Below the pieces are notes generated by a model, which ran no database searches, had not been told where the DNA came from, and was given only the letters and a program-made list of their open reading frames with translations. From the NCBI RefSeq assembly GCF_026210795.1, contig NC_089433.1, forward strand, positions 2,170,001 through 2,234,000: 64,000 nucleotides of DNA, in the 5' to 3' direction. Of the stretch, positions 26,380 to 41,095 are shown in pieces. A program made the position numbers and the translations under genes. Positions within the stretch are counted from its first letter, which is position 1. Every line of letters begins with the position of its first letter. This stretch comes from Rhizophagus irregularis. Taxonomy: Eukaryota.

Positions 26380-27305
26380 ATGAACACTAATCAACAGAAC
26401 CGACAATTTCGACAATTTCCACGCCAGCCTTGGAACGACAGAGTATGTACTTGTATTTTATAATAATTTTTCCCGTTTGTTTAACTAAATTTTAAAATTT
26501 TTCGTAAAAAAAAATATATCTAGGAGGATACCAATCTTATTTTTCTAGTAGATTTTATTGGTATAAATTGGGCACGAATATCTATTGTACTGGGAAGAAG
26601 TGCTTTACAATGCAGGAGGAGGTATGTACATAAAATTATATATTTTTAGTGAATAACGAAAGGTGGTGGTGATTGCTGGTATCGCTGTTGTTGTTATTGA
26701 AGTTTTATTCTTTTTTTTTTTTTTTACCAATTTATTAGGTATCTTAGACTTTTAGCTCTTGACAGTAAGTAATTATATCTTTGGTAAAATATTTTTAATA
26801 ATGATTTCTTTTATATTAATGACCTATTCATATATAATCATTTTACAGATATAGAAAGGTATCGAAGAATATTTCGTAGAAGAGTTAACCGAAGATTTCG
26901 TCAAAGGCATAATCTAGTATCTTTTCGAGGATTTTTCCAAGGAATTCAACTATTAGCTCGACGGTAAGTTTTTTTTTATTTTTTTTTTGTGGTGATAGTG
27001 GTAATATTAAAGAAACACAATGTTGTCAACAACGATGGCAGTATTGTTAGGTCATAATTCTTTCATTTTTTTAAAATAAAAATTTGCTGGTTCAATGGGA
27101 TCAGGATCTTGGACGTAAACTAATTATTAATTTAGAAAGATCGTAATAATTAGTATGATCTAAATTATAATATCACTCACTTCATAATAACCTTGATTAC
27201 AGAAATATCATCCCGACTCGCGATTATAGAATGGATCTGAATCATATTCTAAATACATCTCAGGATCATAGAATGAATATAAATTATATTTTGAGCGTGG
27301 AATAA
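26380..27305 (+). CDS. Single-repeat Myb/SANT protein with Arg-rich linker and two motif copies
   Basis: Exons 26380-26442, 26524-26621, 26739-26764, 26849-26962, 27203-27305. RQPWNDR|EDTNLIFLVDFIGINWARISIVLGRSALQCRRR|YLRLL..RDYRMDLNHILNTSQDHRMNINYILSVE*. Confidence 0.87.
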
Positions 27306-30300
27306 TAGATCCAAATTATTTCGACATTTACTTCATCATGAAATTAATTTAATTTGTATTTATTCTTTGTATATCCTTCAAAAGTATTATATTGTAAAAT
27401 CATGTGACTGTTCATTTTGTAAATTAGAAACTCTCCTTTCCCCTTTCTAACGCCATAATGTTATTTAACAAATCTTTTGCTTGGTATGGCTTTAATTAAT
27501 TAGATGGGGTTCTTTGATTGAAATAAAAAAAAAAGATAGTAAAATTTGGCTATCTTAAGTTCGTAATATAATTGGATAGATCGGATAAATGGTTAAATGG
27601 TTAAATCTTAAAACTCTGCATAATATATATTAAAAGGGTCAAAATTAAACTTAATAATCATCATATGCATGGCATTGTTAAACTATATTTACATGCTGTT
27701 ATTATATAATTTTTTTTGTTACATTATTGATTAATTTTAATAATAAGTTTTTTTTTTCTGTAAATATTTTGACGTATTTAATCGGAAATTAATCAATAAC
27801 GATAACTAACAATATTAATAATAAAGTTTTTTTTTTAAATATTTTGATGTAGTTGATTGGATATTTAATATTTTTCACGTGATTATTGTTAAGCCACATT
27901 ATATTCGAACCTTTTCATGACATTATTATATTATATCGTATCTCAGAATTTATAAAAAAAGAAAACTTTCTTATAAAAGAAAAAAAGTAATAGTTCTATT
28001 ATTTTATCAACTTTATATACTTGACATTTTATTTATATGTTCTAAAGATGAAAGATGATTTTTTAAAAAAAAACTTTCTTGTTAATTATCTTATCTACAT
28101 ATCAGTAAAAATGCATATAAATTATAAGCCATGCATTTATATAACCTTTCAAATCATTCTAAATTATTTTATTGTCCATGCATAAAAAATTTATTATCCT
28201 CTATACTTTTTTTTACTTATAATCCGAATATTATATATTTTAATCTTTTTAAATATAATTTAGGATTTATAAATAATAATAATTTTAATACACTGCAACA
28301 CATCATCATCTGATCAGACGCGAGACCTATATATACTTAATCAACTAATCAATAAAATTATAAAAGTTTAAAATTTCTTTTTAACTACAAAATTAAACGA
28401 TCCTGAGCAGTCATCCTACCTCTTCTAAAAAATAATTAATTACGTGATCGTGTGAAACAACATAATACCGACTAAATCTCCAATTAAATTAGAAAAAAAT
28501 ATTCAAGATAAAACCACTCAACTTCTGTAGAGCGAATATTATATCATTATCGCAATATTTGGCACCACCCAACTTCTGTAGAGCGATTATTATATTATTA
28601 TCGCACTATCTTACTGACTGATTTAATCATTCTCTCGATTGGTGTACATAATGACTTACCAACCGTTACAGATGGATACTCTGAAATGACTGAATTTCCT
28701 GCCCCGATAGTGACAAGTGTAAATTTTGAGTTCTCACAAAAAATGATTAAAAGTCTTTTTCACTTCACTCCCAACCCGCTAGTAAATAGAACCCAATACA
28801 AAACATCTGGACAAGGACCTCGAAAGGAACTGGTACAAGTACCAATTGCCCAGATGTTGAACGACTCGTGCGCATCAAGAGTTCGAATTGTAAAGGATAA
28901 GGATCATCGATGGAATTGATTCCAAATAAAGCTTATATTTACGTCTTGAGACTTCCTAGAAGCTTTTCTATTTCTTTACCCATTACTATTTAATATTAAG
29001 ATACAGAAAGCATAATTTTTTTTTCTTTTCACTTCACTCCCAACCCGCTAATATTGATAAAAACTGGTCACCCGTGTAATACCAAAACTTCAATCCTCGA
29101 AAGGAGACTCGTGCCGAAGCCCTGGTAAAGTAATGAACACGTGTGATATCGATTTTGGCAAGAGATTCTCCATTAATTTAAAAGAAAACCATGAATTATG
29201 GGGATTGAAATAAACTCATCTAGATTTCTATTTATACTTGTAACAAAAATTTTGAAAAATTTAAATTATGGGATTGGGTATCCATATAAATTCATATTTT
29301 TTAAAAATTTTAAACCATTATTTTATTCTTTCTCTCTTTATTCATTCTATTCCTATTTAATATATTTCTAACAATTAAAAAAAAATTTCGAAAGAAAAAA
29401 AATTATATTTTTTTTTAAAAGAAAATATATTCTTAAAAAAAAAAATTTTTTTGTGAGAGAGAGAGAGAAAATCTTATTTCAAGTGAGATATTATAGATAT
29501 TATATTTAATGTAATTCTTTAATTTTCTATGATAACATAATTTAATATTAATTATTAGCACAAAAAGAGAAAGCAAAATATATCTCTTTTATAATAGAAT
29601 CCTGCAAACTTAATTTATTGAAAATTATAAAAGATACAAGAAAGAACTTTAATAATACATGCTACATATTATATATATAATATAATTACAGTATACTGAG
29701 TATAGTCTTGTAAATCTGAGAATAATTGATTCAAACAAGAGTGAAAAAGACCTTAATCAAAAATATGAGTAATCAACAAATCAAAATAAACCAATAACAT
29801 AACGTACACCTTTAAATATCTATCAGTAGTACATTTTCAGATGGGACGTATATTTATTTTATATTTTCATGTAGAATATTAATTTTCAAATAAAACCGTA
29901 TAACGATTTATATTGATTTATATTTTATCGCATAATAAATTTCTGTTTACTTGATATTATTAAATTGTCCGAAAATTTTCATTTTATGACAGATATTATC
30001 ATTGTGTATTTAAAATTTTTAAATATTAATTTCTTGATTTCAATTCATTTGATCAAAAATAAAACCGTCAATTCATGAGTAGAACTTACTTAATACAATC
30101 CTATGACAATATAGTGTTACGTAGATCAGCTGAAACATTCGGCAAAAATTCGGCATACAGCTGACATAATCAAAATGATCAGCGCATTGATAGTGTAATA
30201 TACTTGATGTAATTTACAAAAAGTATAAGTTATACGCATAGAAGAATTATTATATATAGATGTTCCGGACGAAACAGCAAGAGGGATGAAATTTGACTTT

Positions 30301-31947
30301 AGATTTTAGGTTTAATAAATAGCATTAAAGACCACATAAAATATTAAAACAAAAGAACTTTTCCAGTGTTTTTATAATTACATAAGACTGCATCCTAATT
30401 AATTATTCAAACCTAATCGGTGCACATTTTATTACGTTTCAAAACTTCTCATTAATTTAAACGCGTCACACATCTTTTATTGCCGTGTAACAATATTTTT
30501 GAATCTGATGTGAAAAGATGTAACTCATGTGTCAAAATATTTATTAAACAAAACATAACTTTGGGGAAAGATTTACAGCAATAACAACGATCCCAGATAT
30601 AATTCACATGAATGAACCCTTTTTTTTTGAATTAAGGAATATATTTTGAATGGCTGCCGATTTGTGAATTTCATTAATAACTGCATGATACACAAAAAAA
30701 AAAAAATAATAATTTAACTTGTAACGGAATATTGGATCATTGTTTTTGGTTAATTATTGTTATTATTTACCGTGCACGGGAATGAATCTAGAAAATAAGT
30801 TCAGTTAATTTAATAAAATAATGACCATATAAGTATACTAGGCTTAGTTTGTGATGAATGTACATAATGTATAAAATAGGGGCACTTTACGGAAATCGCG
30901 AACATAATTATTAAAATGCACGTAAGTTAAATAAGAAAATTTTTGAAGCATTAATTCTCGAGAATATGTTTTTATATTACCCGTAAATTTTAAAGAAAAA
31001 AAAAAATGTAAAGTTATAAAAGACAAGATGTAAAAATTTTTACAAACATTTTTTTTTATTATTTGCTTTTGATGAAAATCTATACACTGTTTATATTTAA
31101 AAAAAATTGTTGTTTATTTGTAATAATTATAACGAAAGATGATGTTTGTTAATTTGTTAAATATAAGAGGTCATTCATTATTTACAAAGATAATCAGAAT
31201 AATAATAATAATAATTAATGTATGACAAGTATACAAATTTGCTACATCAAAAAGGATAAATGAATTTTGTGTATTATGTAACTGTCGAATTTATTTAGTA
31301 TTTTGGCTGAACAAAAATGTCAATTTTTTTGACACGGTTTCAAACACAGAAAAGGGAGAGAATTTATTATGAAATCGACTATTCTACAATCAGAAATAAA
31401 GTTTATTAAGTCATTGAGTAAGGTTAAATTACTAATTAATAATCCCATGTTTTTGGATATTTTTGTTACAGTGTTTAATTTATCAATACATAAATTATCC
31501 CCCAAAAATTGACTCATTATTAACTTGCCAAATTCGATGGATAATAATTTTCTTTCTATTCTTTCTAGGCTGTCTTTTTTAAGTTATAAATATTCATTTC
31601 GTTTAAACTCCAGTTATAAGATAAAGTTCAATTGAATATTGTTATATGTTCTTTGTGTTACTATAATTACGGACAGTCGGACAGAATATTTTTTTTTTTG
31701 ATATTTAATGATGAATTTTATGAATTATTTTTTTAAAAAAAATTCGATTTTTTAAGCGTAAATTTTTTTTTTTTTTAAGAATTTTATTTCATGTTCAGAT
31801 TTTTTTTTTAAAAAGAAAATTTGAATTTTATACAGATTCAGGTTTTTTTTTTAAGAAGAAAATTTGAACTTTCTTCTTTATTGAATTTCTTGATCGGGAA
31901 AGTCATTCATTATAATTTTAAAATTTACGTACTTCTTGCATTTAAAA

Positions 31948-32687
31948 ATGCAAATTACCCGCACATTACGTAAAGGTCCCTGGACTCTCGATGTATATAT
32001 ATATATTTTTTATTTAAAAATTGATGTATTTTTTTATTTTTATTTTAATTTATTCATTTCTAATTATTATTCTATTAAATTTATTAGGAAGAAAGAAGAC
32101 TTGTTATATTGGTTAATCAGTTTGGTGCGGTTGGAAGTTGGCAACAAATTTCATCTCTGCTTGGGTCAAGGAACGCGCATCAGTGTAGGAAAAGGTTCAT
32201 ATCATTTTTATTAAAAAATCGGAATATCGGAAAATATCGGAAAAAATTGATTTTAAAAAAAATTCCTGCTGTATATTTATATTTATATTTATCTTATTTT
32301 TAATTTTAAATATTATAGATACCGTCATCTTGTGAGAGCAAATAGTAAGTGAAATTTTGATAAATAAATGTAAATATGTATTATTGTTATTTGATTAACG
32401 TTTAATAATAAAATAGTGTATCTCTTATTTTAAAGCCATAAGAAGACCTTTTCCACCTATTCCTCAAAAGTAAGTTTTCATATCAAAAGGATTGTGACGA
32501 TTTTACATGCTATAATGATTTAACTTATATAAAATAATAAATATTGTTTTTCAGTTATGCTCATCCAACTTCATTGGCACCTCGTAATTCAAGGTTGTTA
32601 ATAAATTTTCTTATAAATTCAGACCACAGGATGAATATTAATTTTATAATAGATTCATATACTGAGATAGGAAACATCATATTATGA
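31948..32687 (+). CDS. Single-repeat Myb/SANT protein with two motif copies
   Basis: Exons 31948-31992, 32088-32194, 32319-32344, 32436-32469, 32555-32687. RKGPWTLD|EERRLVILVNQFGAVGSWQQISSLLGSRNAHQCRKR|YRHLV..SRLLINFLINSDHRMNINFIID. Confidence 0.85.
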
Positions 32688-35328
32688 AATTAAAAAGATA
32701 TATCATTATGTTATGTTTGTTATGTATTAACATTAACATTATAGTTCATTTAAATAATATTAAGCATAATTATTTAAGAATCCTCTTTATGAATATAGAT
32801 TTTTATTAATATAAGATTAAGTTGTATGAATGCTCTTAAAAAAGATGAATTAATAGGTGTACGCCTTTATTTAAAAAATAATTGCGAAATATTTTTATTT
32901 AACAAACAAATATTTACATATTCCACAGTCTTATCTTAAAATAAATAAATAAACCGTTTAAATTATTAACAGTTTGGATGACTTCAGATATGATATCATG
33001 GACGTTATATATTACTAGTATATTCCAGATATGGCAAAATATTTTCAATATATTAATAAAGTTATCATCGCCATTTTCACTGATTTTACACGAAATCATG
33101 AAATTTAAAAATCATCCCCTAAACTAAAAACAATGAATGAAAATAAAATGTAGTACAAAAGTCTCGGGCATCACGTACTGTATCACGTTTCACTCCGAAA
33201 TACAATTTTATATACATTATATACATTCACCTGTTTTTTTTTTTTTTTTTTACGTACTTAACAATTAGCCACACGTACAAATATAAATTATAAATTATAA
33301 TAATGTAAAACAACTGCCATAACAACTGCCATGTCACGTCGCACCATGACAATTTGTCGCACAAGCTTAACAATATTGAAAAATCGTGATACTGTGTTTC
33401 GCGGATGGTTACACTATACTGTAATATCTGTTTTATAATTTCGATTTCTTACAGCTATTACTTATAATATTATAACTTAAATTCTATAATTTCGTTAGGA
33501 AATATTTTTGACATATTTGACTTGCGTTGCCTGATTGCTAAAATTTAAAATAAGATCAATTTATAATAATTAACTATAGGTAAAAATTTTTATTACGATT
33601 ATAAAGAAGGTCTCTCATGCATGCGATTTTAAAATAGATTATCTGTTATCACAAATTATAATTTATTATTATTATTATGTTGCTTATTTGAAAATGTCCT
33701 TTAAATAACAAAAAAAATTTTTTTTTTTGAAATCTCTAAAATCAAAAATTGCCATATGAAAGGTTTCTTGAGATTATCTAAATGAAACCATAAATGGGAA
33801 TAGACAAGAGATCCGGAAAATGGCTTTGTTGCTATGATATTTTGATATGAAAAATTTTCGATTGGTAAAAAAAAATGAAAATCTTTAGAATAATTTTACT
33901 AGTCAGTTCGCCATAAATTTGGTAACACGAACATTCTTTCCATTGATAGGAATGTGGTGTGGTAAAATTTTCTTCTATTTGATAATAGGTTTCACAGGCT
34001 ACTATGTCACTCAAAGAATTAAATTTGCAGTTCATAAAATCTAATTATTAATCGGTGGTCTGACAAAAATGTTCCCAGTTTTTAATCTAAGGTTAGATCA
34101 TAATTATTCGATAATGGATATATGGTTTAGTTGTTAGAAGCGCACGTTTCTGTGTTTCCGTAACAATTGGACGAGATAAGAGATTATCCTTAAATATTTT
34201 TGTTTGAATTCTTTATAACTGTGCATACATGCAGGATGGATAAAGCCCGTTTAAATGATAAGAAAACCAAGAACTTCAAAAACATCTATAAAAGGATAAT
34301 ATTGGGTGGAGGTGGCTGTACGGACTAACCATTATAGATAAGATAAGAGAATGTTTATATTTATTTTATGATAAGAAATTTTTTCCTTTTTTTTCCTTTT
34401 TTCACTTTCAAAACTCAAAATTCAACAAATAAAAAAGGCTAATGTTTTTTGTGGAGAATGATTATCGTCGATTGATATCATTTGTTTTTTTATTATTTGT
34501 TACACAACTACGTCTTCAATTAATCCAAAAATAAAGTAAGATTTATAGTATGTTCAAAAAGAGGAAATTGGGATAAATAAAAAAAAAAATTTAAATAAAA
34601 AAAAAAATTATTGATAAAAGATAAGTTTGTCGGAACTCTACCGATATGCTTCTAGGCTTGTGGCTACAAAATTTGTTTGTTTGACAGATCATATGCTAAA
34701 CTAAATACCAAGTATGCAGAACTTACCTAATCACATTAATTTGAATGCGAAATTATGCTAAACTTCACATTAAATTTAATTAATGACAATGAGAAAAAAA
34801 AAATTTTTTTTATTGGTTCGAATTATAGTCTAGACTATATTTGAGCTATAATAAAAAATTAAAGTTTAACTACGTAATTATATAAAATATAATTAAAAAA
34901 TATTTTTCTATTTAAACGCCAAATTCCAAAAAAAAAATTAAAGTTGATATAAATTATAATGTTTTTACCCCAGAATTTCAGGGTAACTTTAAATTATCGT
35001 ATGACTTTAGCTGTATATATTTTAAAAGCTTACATAATTTATATACCTTTTTGAAACGATATATGGCAATTTTAGATGCATTATGCGTAAACAAAAACGT
35101 TGCAAGATGTCATATATATTGAATTTTGGTCCCTTTTTTTTTTTTTTTTGAAAAAAAAGTACTTAAATAATCAATTAATGATTGCTTTCAAAAAAATAAT
35201 TTCAAGAAATTATTTACGTGTGTAGTATAAATCGAATATTAATTACATAAGGCTTTCTTAATAAGGCTTTCTAACTGTAAAGTAAAATTGCTTCTAAGAA
35301 TATCTTTGTACGCAGATTATTGTACGAT

Positions 35329-36009
35329 ATGAGCAGAATTTGGACTTCTCAAGTATACACATATTATTCTCTTTTAACATACATATATATATATATACAG
35401 ATTAACCTAAGATTTTTTAATTCGTTTATATAGGAAGTGAGAGATCTCATGTCAAGTGTCAATGATTTGGGTGTTAGAAATTGGCAAGCAATCGCAAATA
35501 GGATTGGGACAAGAACTGCAAAGCAATGCAGGAGAAGGTTTTTATTATTCATAGTTTTGGCAAATAAATCGACATACGATCTAATTTTAATAATGTATTT
35601 CTAGGTACCTGGAACTTGGAATAGCAAATTGTAAGTACCAAAATATTTAATAAGTTAGATTGGTAGATTCAAAACATATGAAAGTTATTAGTAATAATTC
35701 AAAATATATCTGATATACAATTATAAGATGAATTTATTGGCAAATTGTTAACGAGCATATTTATTTTTTCATTTAACAGTTGTACGACAAAGAATACCTC
35801 CCCCTCCTCCCCCTCCTCCTCCTCCGTATGTATTATTTCTTGAATTATGAATGTAGATCGACAACATGCATATTGCTAAAATTATATAACCGTTTTTCAA
35901 TAGTGTCGTCGCTCTTGGTATGCCGATCATTCCACGTAATTACCGAATGTCAATTAATTTTTTTTTAAATCAAGATTATAGAATGAGCATTAATTTTCTT
36001 CTTAATTAA
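35329..36009 (+). CDS. Single-repeat Myb/SANT protein with poly-Pro linker and two motif copies
   Basis: Exons 35329-35352, 35434-35537, 35605-35630, 35780-35825, 35904-36009. MSRIWTSQ|EVRDLMSSVNDLGVRNWQAIANRIGTRTAKQCRRR|YLEL..PPPPPPPPPP..RMSINFFLNQDYRMSINFLLN*. Confidence 0.88.
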
Positions 36010-37558
36010 TTATCTTTAATTAATTTAATTTTCTGACAAGACTTTTAATTCATATAACTTTTATTTTTATTATTAATCACAAATTTTGGTTTTCTTATTA
36101 CAATTTTTTCTTATCTTTATTTATTGTTAACTAATAATATTTATAGAAAATAGTATTTTCTTATTTGTACTTCAAGGAATAAAAAATTAAAGAAAGGATA
36201 GAAAGGATTTACTATTTACTTGATAACATAAGATAGATCGCCATTTTTAATGACGATCATTTCATCATTTCAATTACAAATTTTTAAAAAAAGACAGGAA
36301 AAAACTGGTAATTCTATAAATTTTGATACGAAAAATTTGAAGTAATCTTATCTTTATATTATTATGTAATAAAGCATGAAGTATGTATTTACATATGCTC
36401 TGTAATCCTGTCAAATTGCTCATAATTCGTTCTATGCATGCATGCAAGTTGGAAGTCTTAATAAAAATTATCATTCATTCATTCATTTGTAACAAAAAAA
36501 ATTTAATTGGCAAGTCAAAATAATAATAAACTAGGGAAACATCCAAAAAAAGTGCGATGTTTGTGGAGATGAAATTATTTTGATAAGAAAGCTAAGACTT
36601 TTTGGAAATGGATTGATAGAATCTTGAGAGATTCGATTATCAAGAATTGTTCGTCTAGATTCTAAATATGAAAGTGAAAAATTCTATGCATGTCAATATT
36701 CAGCCTTAACTATATTTTTTTTTTCCAGTTTTCACCGTTTTTTTTTCTATAATAAGATAAATGAATGCTAGTCCGGTAAAAAATTTTGGGTTTCGGCTAA
36801 ATTTAAGAATTGTTTATTTATATGTAATTACTTTATTCAGTTTAAAGTTCACAAATATGTCATGCTAGGTCAGTCATTATATACCAGTAAACTTTTTACG
36901 TAATTAGTACGCCATTATTACTTGAATTATATATTTTATAAAATTACTTAAAAACTTGTTTAGTAGCATTCATTATTATTTCCTTTTTTTAATATGAAAC
37001 CATTTTCAATAAATGCAATTTTTTTTTGATATGATATATTACTGTAATATATAATTATATTTTTAGAAATTAAGTAGTAATTTACAAAAATGCTAATGAT
37101 AATCAAAAGCTAACCAAACTAACTGGTTAACTGGGATTTACTGGATTCCAGTTCTTTATTTACGGAGAATTTTGCTATGAATCCCCAATTGGAAAGCTAA
37201 CAAAGCTTTGTAAGGATCCGAAAAAATGTGTCTAAAAAAAGTCAAATCATTATAATATAAACAATATTTAAGAGGAGAAAATAAATTGCCACCTCCTCAA
37301 ATTTTTTTTTTTCTTTTTTTCAGGAAAAAAAAAACTTTCTCTTACTTTTATTTCATTCTTATGTACATTACGATTAAAAACAAAATTTTTGATTTTTTTT
37401 TTAAAGAAATAAAGTAAAAAAAAAAAGGTATAAAAATATGATAATCAAAAATCATTTTTATTTTATCCCATTTTTTTCAGAACGATTCAAGATATTTATC
37501 TTATGGGTTTTATGGGTTTATACATATTCTTTTTACATTATTTATTTAATAGTAAAAG

Positions 37559-38362
37559 ATGAATCAAACAAACTTATTAGTAGTTTCGATTAGAAACCAG
37601 TGGACACCTGGTGTAAATAAACTTTTAGTTTTATATTCTTATTTCTTTTTTTTTAAAAAAAAAAAATAATAATTTTTAACAATGAATACATATATATACA
37701 TATAAATAGGAAGATAGCCGATTAATAACTGCTGTAGATCGGTTTGGGGCCCGTAATTGGAATCGTATTTCCCTTGAAGTTAGGACCCGCAGTTCAACAG
37801 AATGCCAAGCAAGGTTTGTTCAATCATAAATTACTGCGTTGCTTATAACTTAGCATTTACATTAAATTATATAACTTTTTTATTAAAAGATGGCGTCAGA
37901 TAAATTTTAATAATGGTAAAGTAGCATATATTCTTTAAGTGGTCGGCTTAAGTGGTCGGTTTATTTGTAATTTTCAAAATTTTTTAAATATAATTTGTAC
38001 ATAGTGCATCGACCGAATAGAAGATTGAATCAAGGTCTTTTCGACGTTGCTAGAAGAAATTTATATTACATTAGACCTCAAAGATATGCATGTAAGATTC
38101 AAATATTTATTTATATGTTTTACAATTTATTATTATTATTATAATAATGAAATATTTTATTATTATCTGTTATCTGTTATTAGTAAATTTGAATCAACGT
38201 CGATCATTTCAGTTAGGACAAACAATGCAAGCAATGGCAAATCCTATTCAAAATACAATGTCTCTAAATTGTATTTTAACTCATGATAGAAATATTCGAA
38301 TGGAGTTAGGATATATTTTGGAAAATCCCGTACCACATTACTTTCGTAATGACCCTAATTAA
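37559..38362 (+). CDS. Single-repeat Myb/SANT protein with two motif copies
   Basis: Exons 37559-37612, 37710-37813, 37890-37915, 38005-38091, 38184-38362. NQWTPG|EDSRLITAVDRFGARNWNRISLEVRTRSSTECQAR|WRQI..TMSLNCILTHDRNIRMELGYILE. Confidence 0.87.
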
Positions 38363-39644
38363 CTGTATACATATTTGATAAAAATGTAATTTTTTTTAAA
38401 AAAAAAAAAGAGCAAATCCGTTTTTTTTAAATTGCTCTTTTATTTTGTAATTATAGTTGTATTTTTATGTATATAAAAAGTAATCAACTTTGGGCCTCTA
38501 TATCATATGACACGTGTATTATTGAAATTTATCACAGATCAATCTCCGATAACGCAAGTGCATATGTCGTCAGGTGGTGTTGAACGTATTCTAAATTTTC
38601 CAATTTGTTTAATTTTTTTATTAAAAAAAAAAAATACCTTTATTATTCACTAAACATAAAAACATGTACATAAACATATATGTAACCTTATGTAAAAAAA
38701 AATTAAATTTTGTTCTCTTATATGTATATATATAATATATATTGACAAATCATTTTTTTTAATTAAATGAACACAGAAATATTTTACATAAGATTTCTTT
38801 ATTAGGATAAGTGTTAGATCCACGCAAGAATTAAAAATCTTGCATTACAATAATTTATTATCCGAGAAAGACCAGTAAGACTGTGATTAAATGAATGTGA
38901 TAAATAAAAAATTGTTATCTACTATTTATTATGTAACAAGAAAAAAAAGGTGTGATGATTAATAATAAAATAACAGGATTATCATGAAATTAAAGTTTGA
39001 AAAAAATGCAAGTTGATAAATGTGTTACATGTTTTTTTTTTTCAAACAATCCATCCCTTTGTTCCGATTATATTATCATTAATCATCATTATCATCATTA
39101 TCATTAACTTTTTTCTAAATATAATGTCAAGTATTAATGGTTAATGCAATATCTTCAGTAATTCATTTCATTTATCTTTCCTTTTTAATTTTTTTAATTT
39201 TATAAATATCTTTTTTAGAAAATTAAAATTGACCAAATGGAGAAACATATGAAAGAATCAAGTATAAAAGGTCGTTTCGAAAATCAAACCGCCCTTTATT
39301 TCACAAACAACATTTCACAAACAACAATAAAGATGAAGGTTTACAACCAGTTTTCTTTGTTTCGATTATATTACTAATATATAATCAAAGTTCTAAATAT
39401 AATGCCAAATATAAATAGTCCAGTGAAAAGTCACCTTCCAGTTTTGTTTCATTCATATATTGATTTTTCTGTAAAACCTATAGATAAATAAGATAATTAT
39501 GGGTAATTATAAATTAACCCAAATAAGGAGTCGCGAATGGGTATATGTATATATATATTTTATATATATACTGTAGAATATAAAAATTTTTCTTTTAAAA
39601 TATATGCTATTTTTTTCTAAAAAAAAAAATAATAATAATAAACA

Positions 39645-41095
39645 ATGTCCTCTTCTACCGAACAAGTTAAAGGATTTGATACGGAAGAACTCATTAATTT
39701 TTTAAAAGGACGAAATTTACATCTTAATGAAACTCATTATAATTCCCTTCGCCATAAGGAGATCGCCGGGTCAGACTTCCTTAATTACACTCGGGAAGAA
39801 CTTAAAGGTCTCGGATTGGCAATAGGACCAACAAAAAGAATCGAACAGTTGATTAATGAATTGAATACTCAAAGTAACGGTAAGTTCTATAAAATTATTA
39901 TGGATAATTATAAAACCTAAATCACTAAATGACTAATAAATATAAAAATTATTATTTTAATTATTATTTTAAACACACACTCTCTCCTAGATGTGTTAAA
40001 AAAAGGTAAAAAATAAAATCATTTCGAATTTTATTAAAGAATATGCTATTTACTTTTTTTTAAAAAAATAACAATGTTCTCTTTACATTACAAACACCCA
40101 AAGAAGTTGAAGGGTTGGATACGGAAGGACTCATCAATTTTTTAAAAGAACGACAAAATTTACACCTTAATGAAACACATTATAATATCTTCCGTCATAA
40201 AGAGATCACTGGGTCAGACTTCCTTAATTATACTAAAGAAGAATTTGAAGGCTTTGGATTAGCATCAGGGCCAGCAAAAAGAATCGAACAGTTAGTTAAT
40301 GAGTTGAATAATCAAAGTAAGTTCTATAAAATTTATACATTCACCAAATGTCTTTTATATATGCATATATTTTATTTACACATTATTTATTTATTAAATA
40401 ATAACTTTAGTAATTTTCAATTTGTGGACAACTGCTGTAAGCAAAAATTTTTTAATAAGGGTAATCTTTGATTCTTGATTCGCTGATCACAGGCTATGAT
40501 AATGAAAAAATTATGTTGAAGCATGGTTACGGTTGTGTTCGTGGAAATAAGGTGCCCAAAAATAGCATTGGCGAATCATGAATTGTTTAGTGAGTACTTA
40601 ATATTAATCAAGTTGATAACAAAAATAGGAAGATAATCGATTGGTAGCCGTTATAAATCGATTCGGTTCCCGCAATTGGAATCGGATTGCCCGTAAAATG
40701 GGAAATCGTAATCCAATTGAATGTCAAAGAAGGTTATTGTCACATTATTATATGCTAACTGATAAATTTAACTTAATTTACTAAAAGCTGATTTTTTTTT
40801 AAAAAAAAAAAAAGATGGAATTTGATAAATTTTAACGGTAAGATAACTTTTATGTAGCGATAAACTTCTTGCGAATAACTCTAATTTATTTTATATAATT
40901 GTACATATTATAGCTAATCGACCGAGTAGAAATGGTACTAGAAGTTTACATCATAGAAATACATGTAAGAATTTTAAATGTTTTATATATTTCTTTTACA
41001 AGGTATTAAATAATCTTACCGTTATTGATCAAAATACAGCATCTACTAGAGACGTTCGAATGACATTAGGATATGTTTTGAATACATATTCTTGA
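39645..41095 (+). CDS. Chimeric SAM-SAM-Myb/SANT protein ending RMTLGYVLN
   Basis: Exons 39645-39879 (SAM1), 39991-40005, 40104-40316 (SAM2), 40411-40436 (IIFNLWTTA), 40629-40732 (EDNRLVAVINRFGSRNWNRIARKMGNRNPIECQRR), 40815-40837, 40914-40964, 41040-41095. All introns are GT..AG and the frame is continuous. Confidence 0.75.

Noticed and set aside
28686..28919. 77-aa ORF with RTQYKTSGQGPRKEL, faintly like a histone H3 tail
   Set aside because: The match is short and gapped, there is no histone fold, and the region contains local duplications (28520/28571, 28757/29025).
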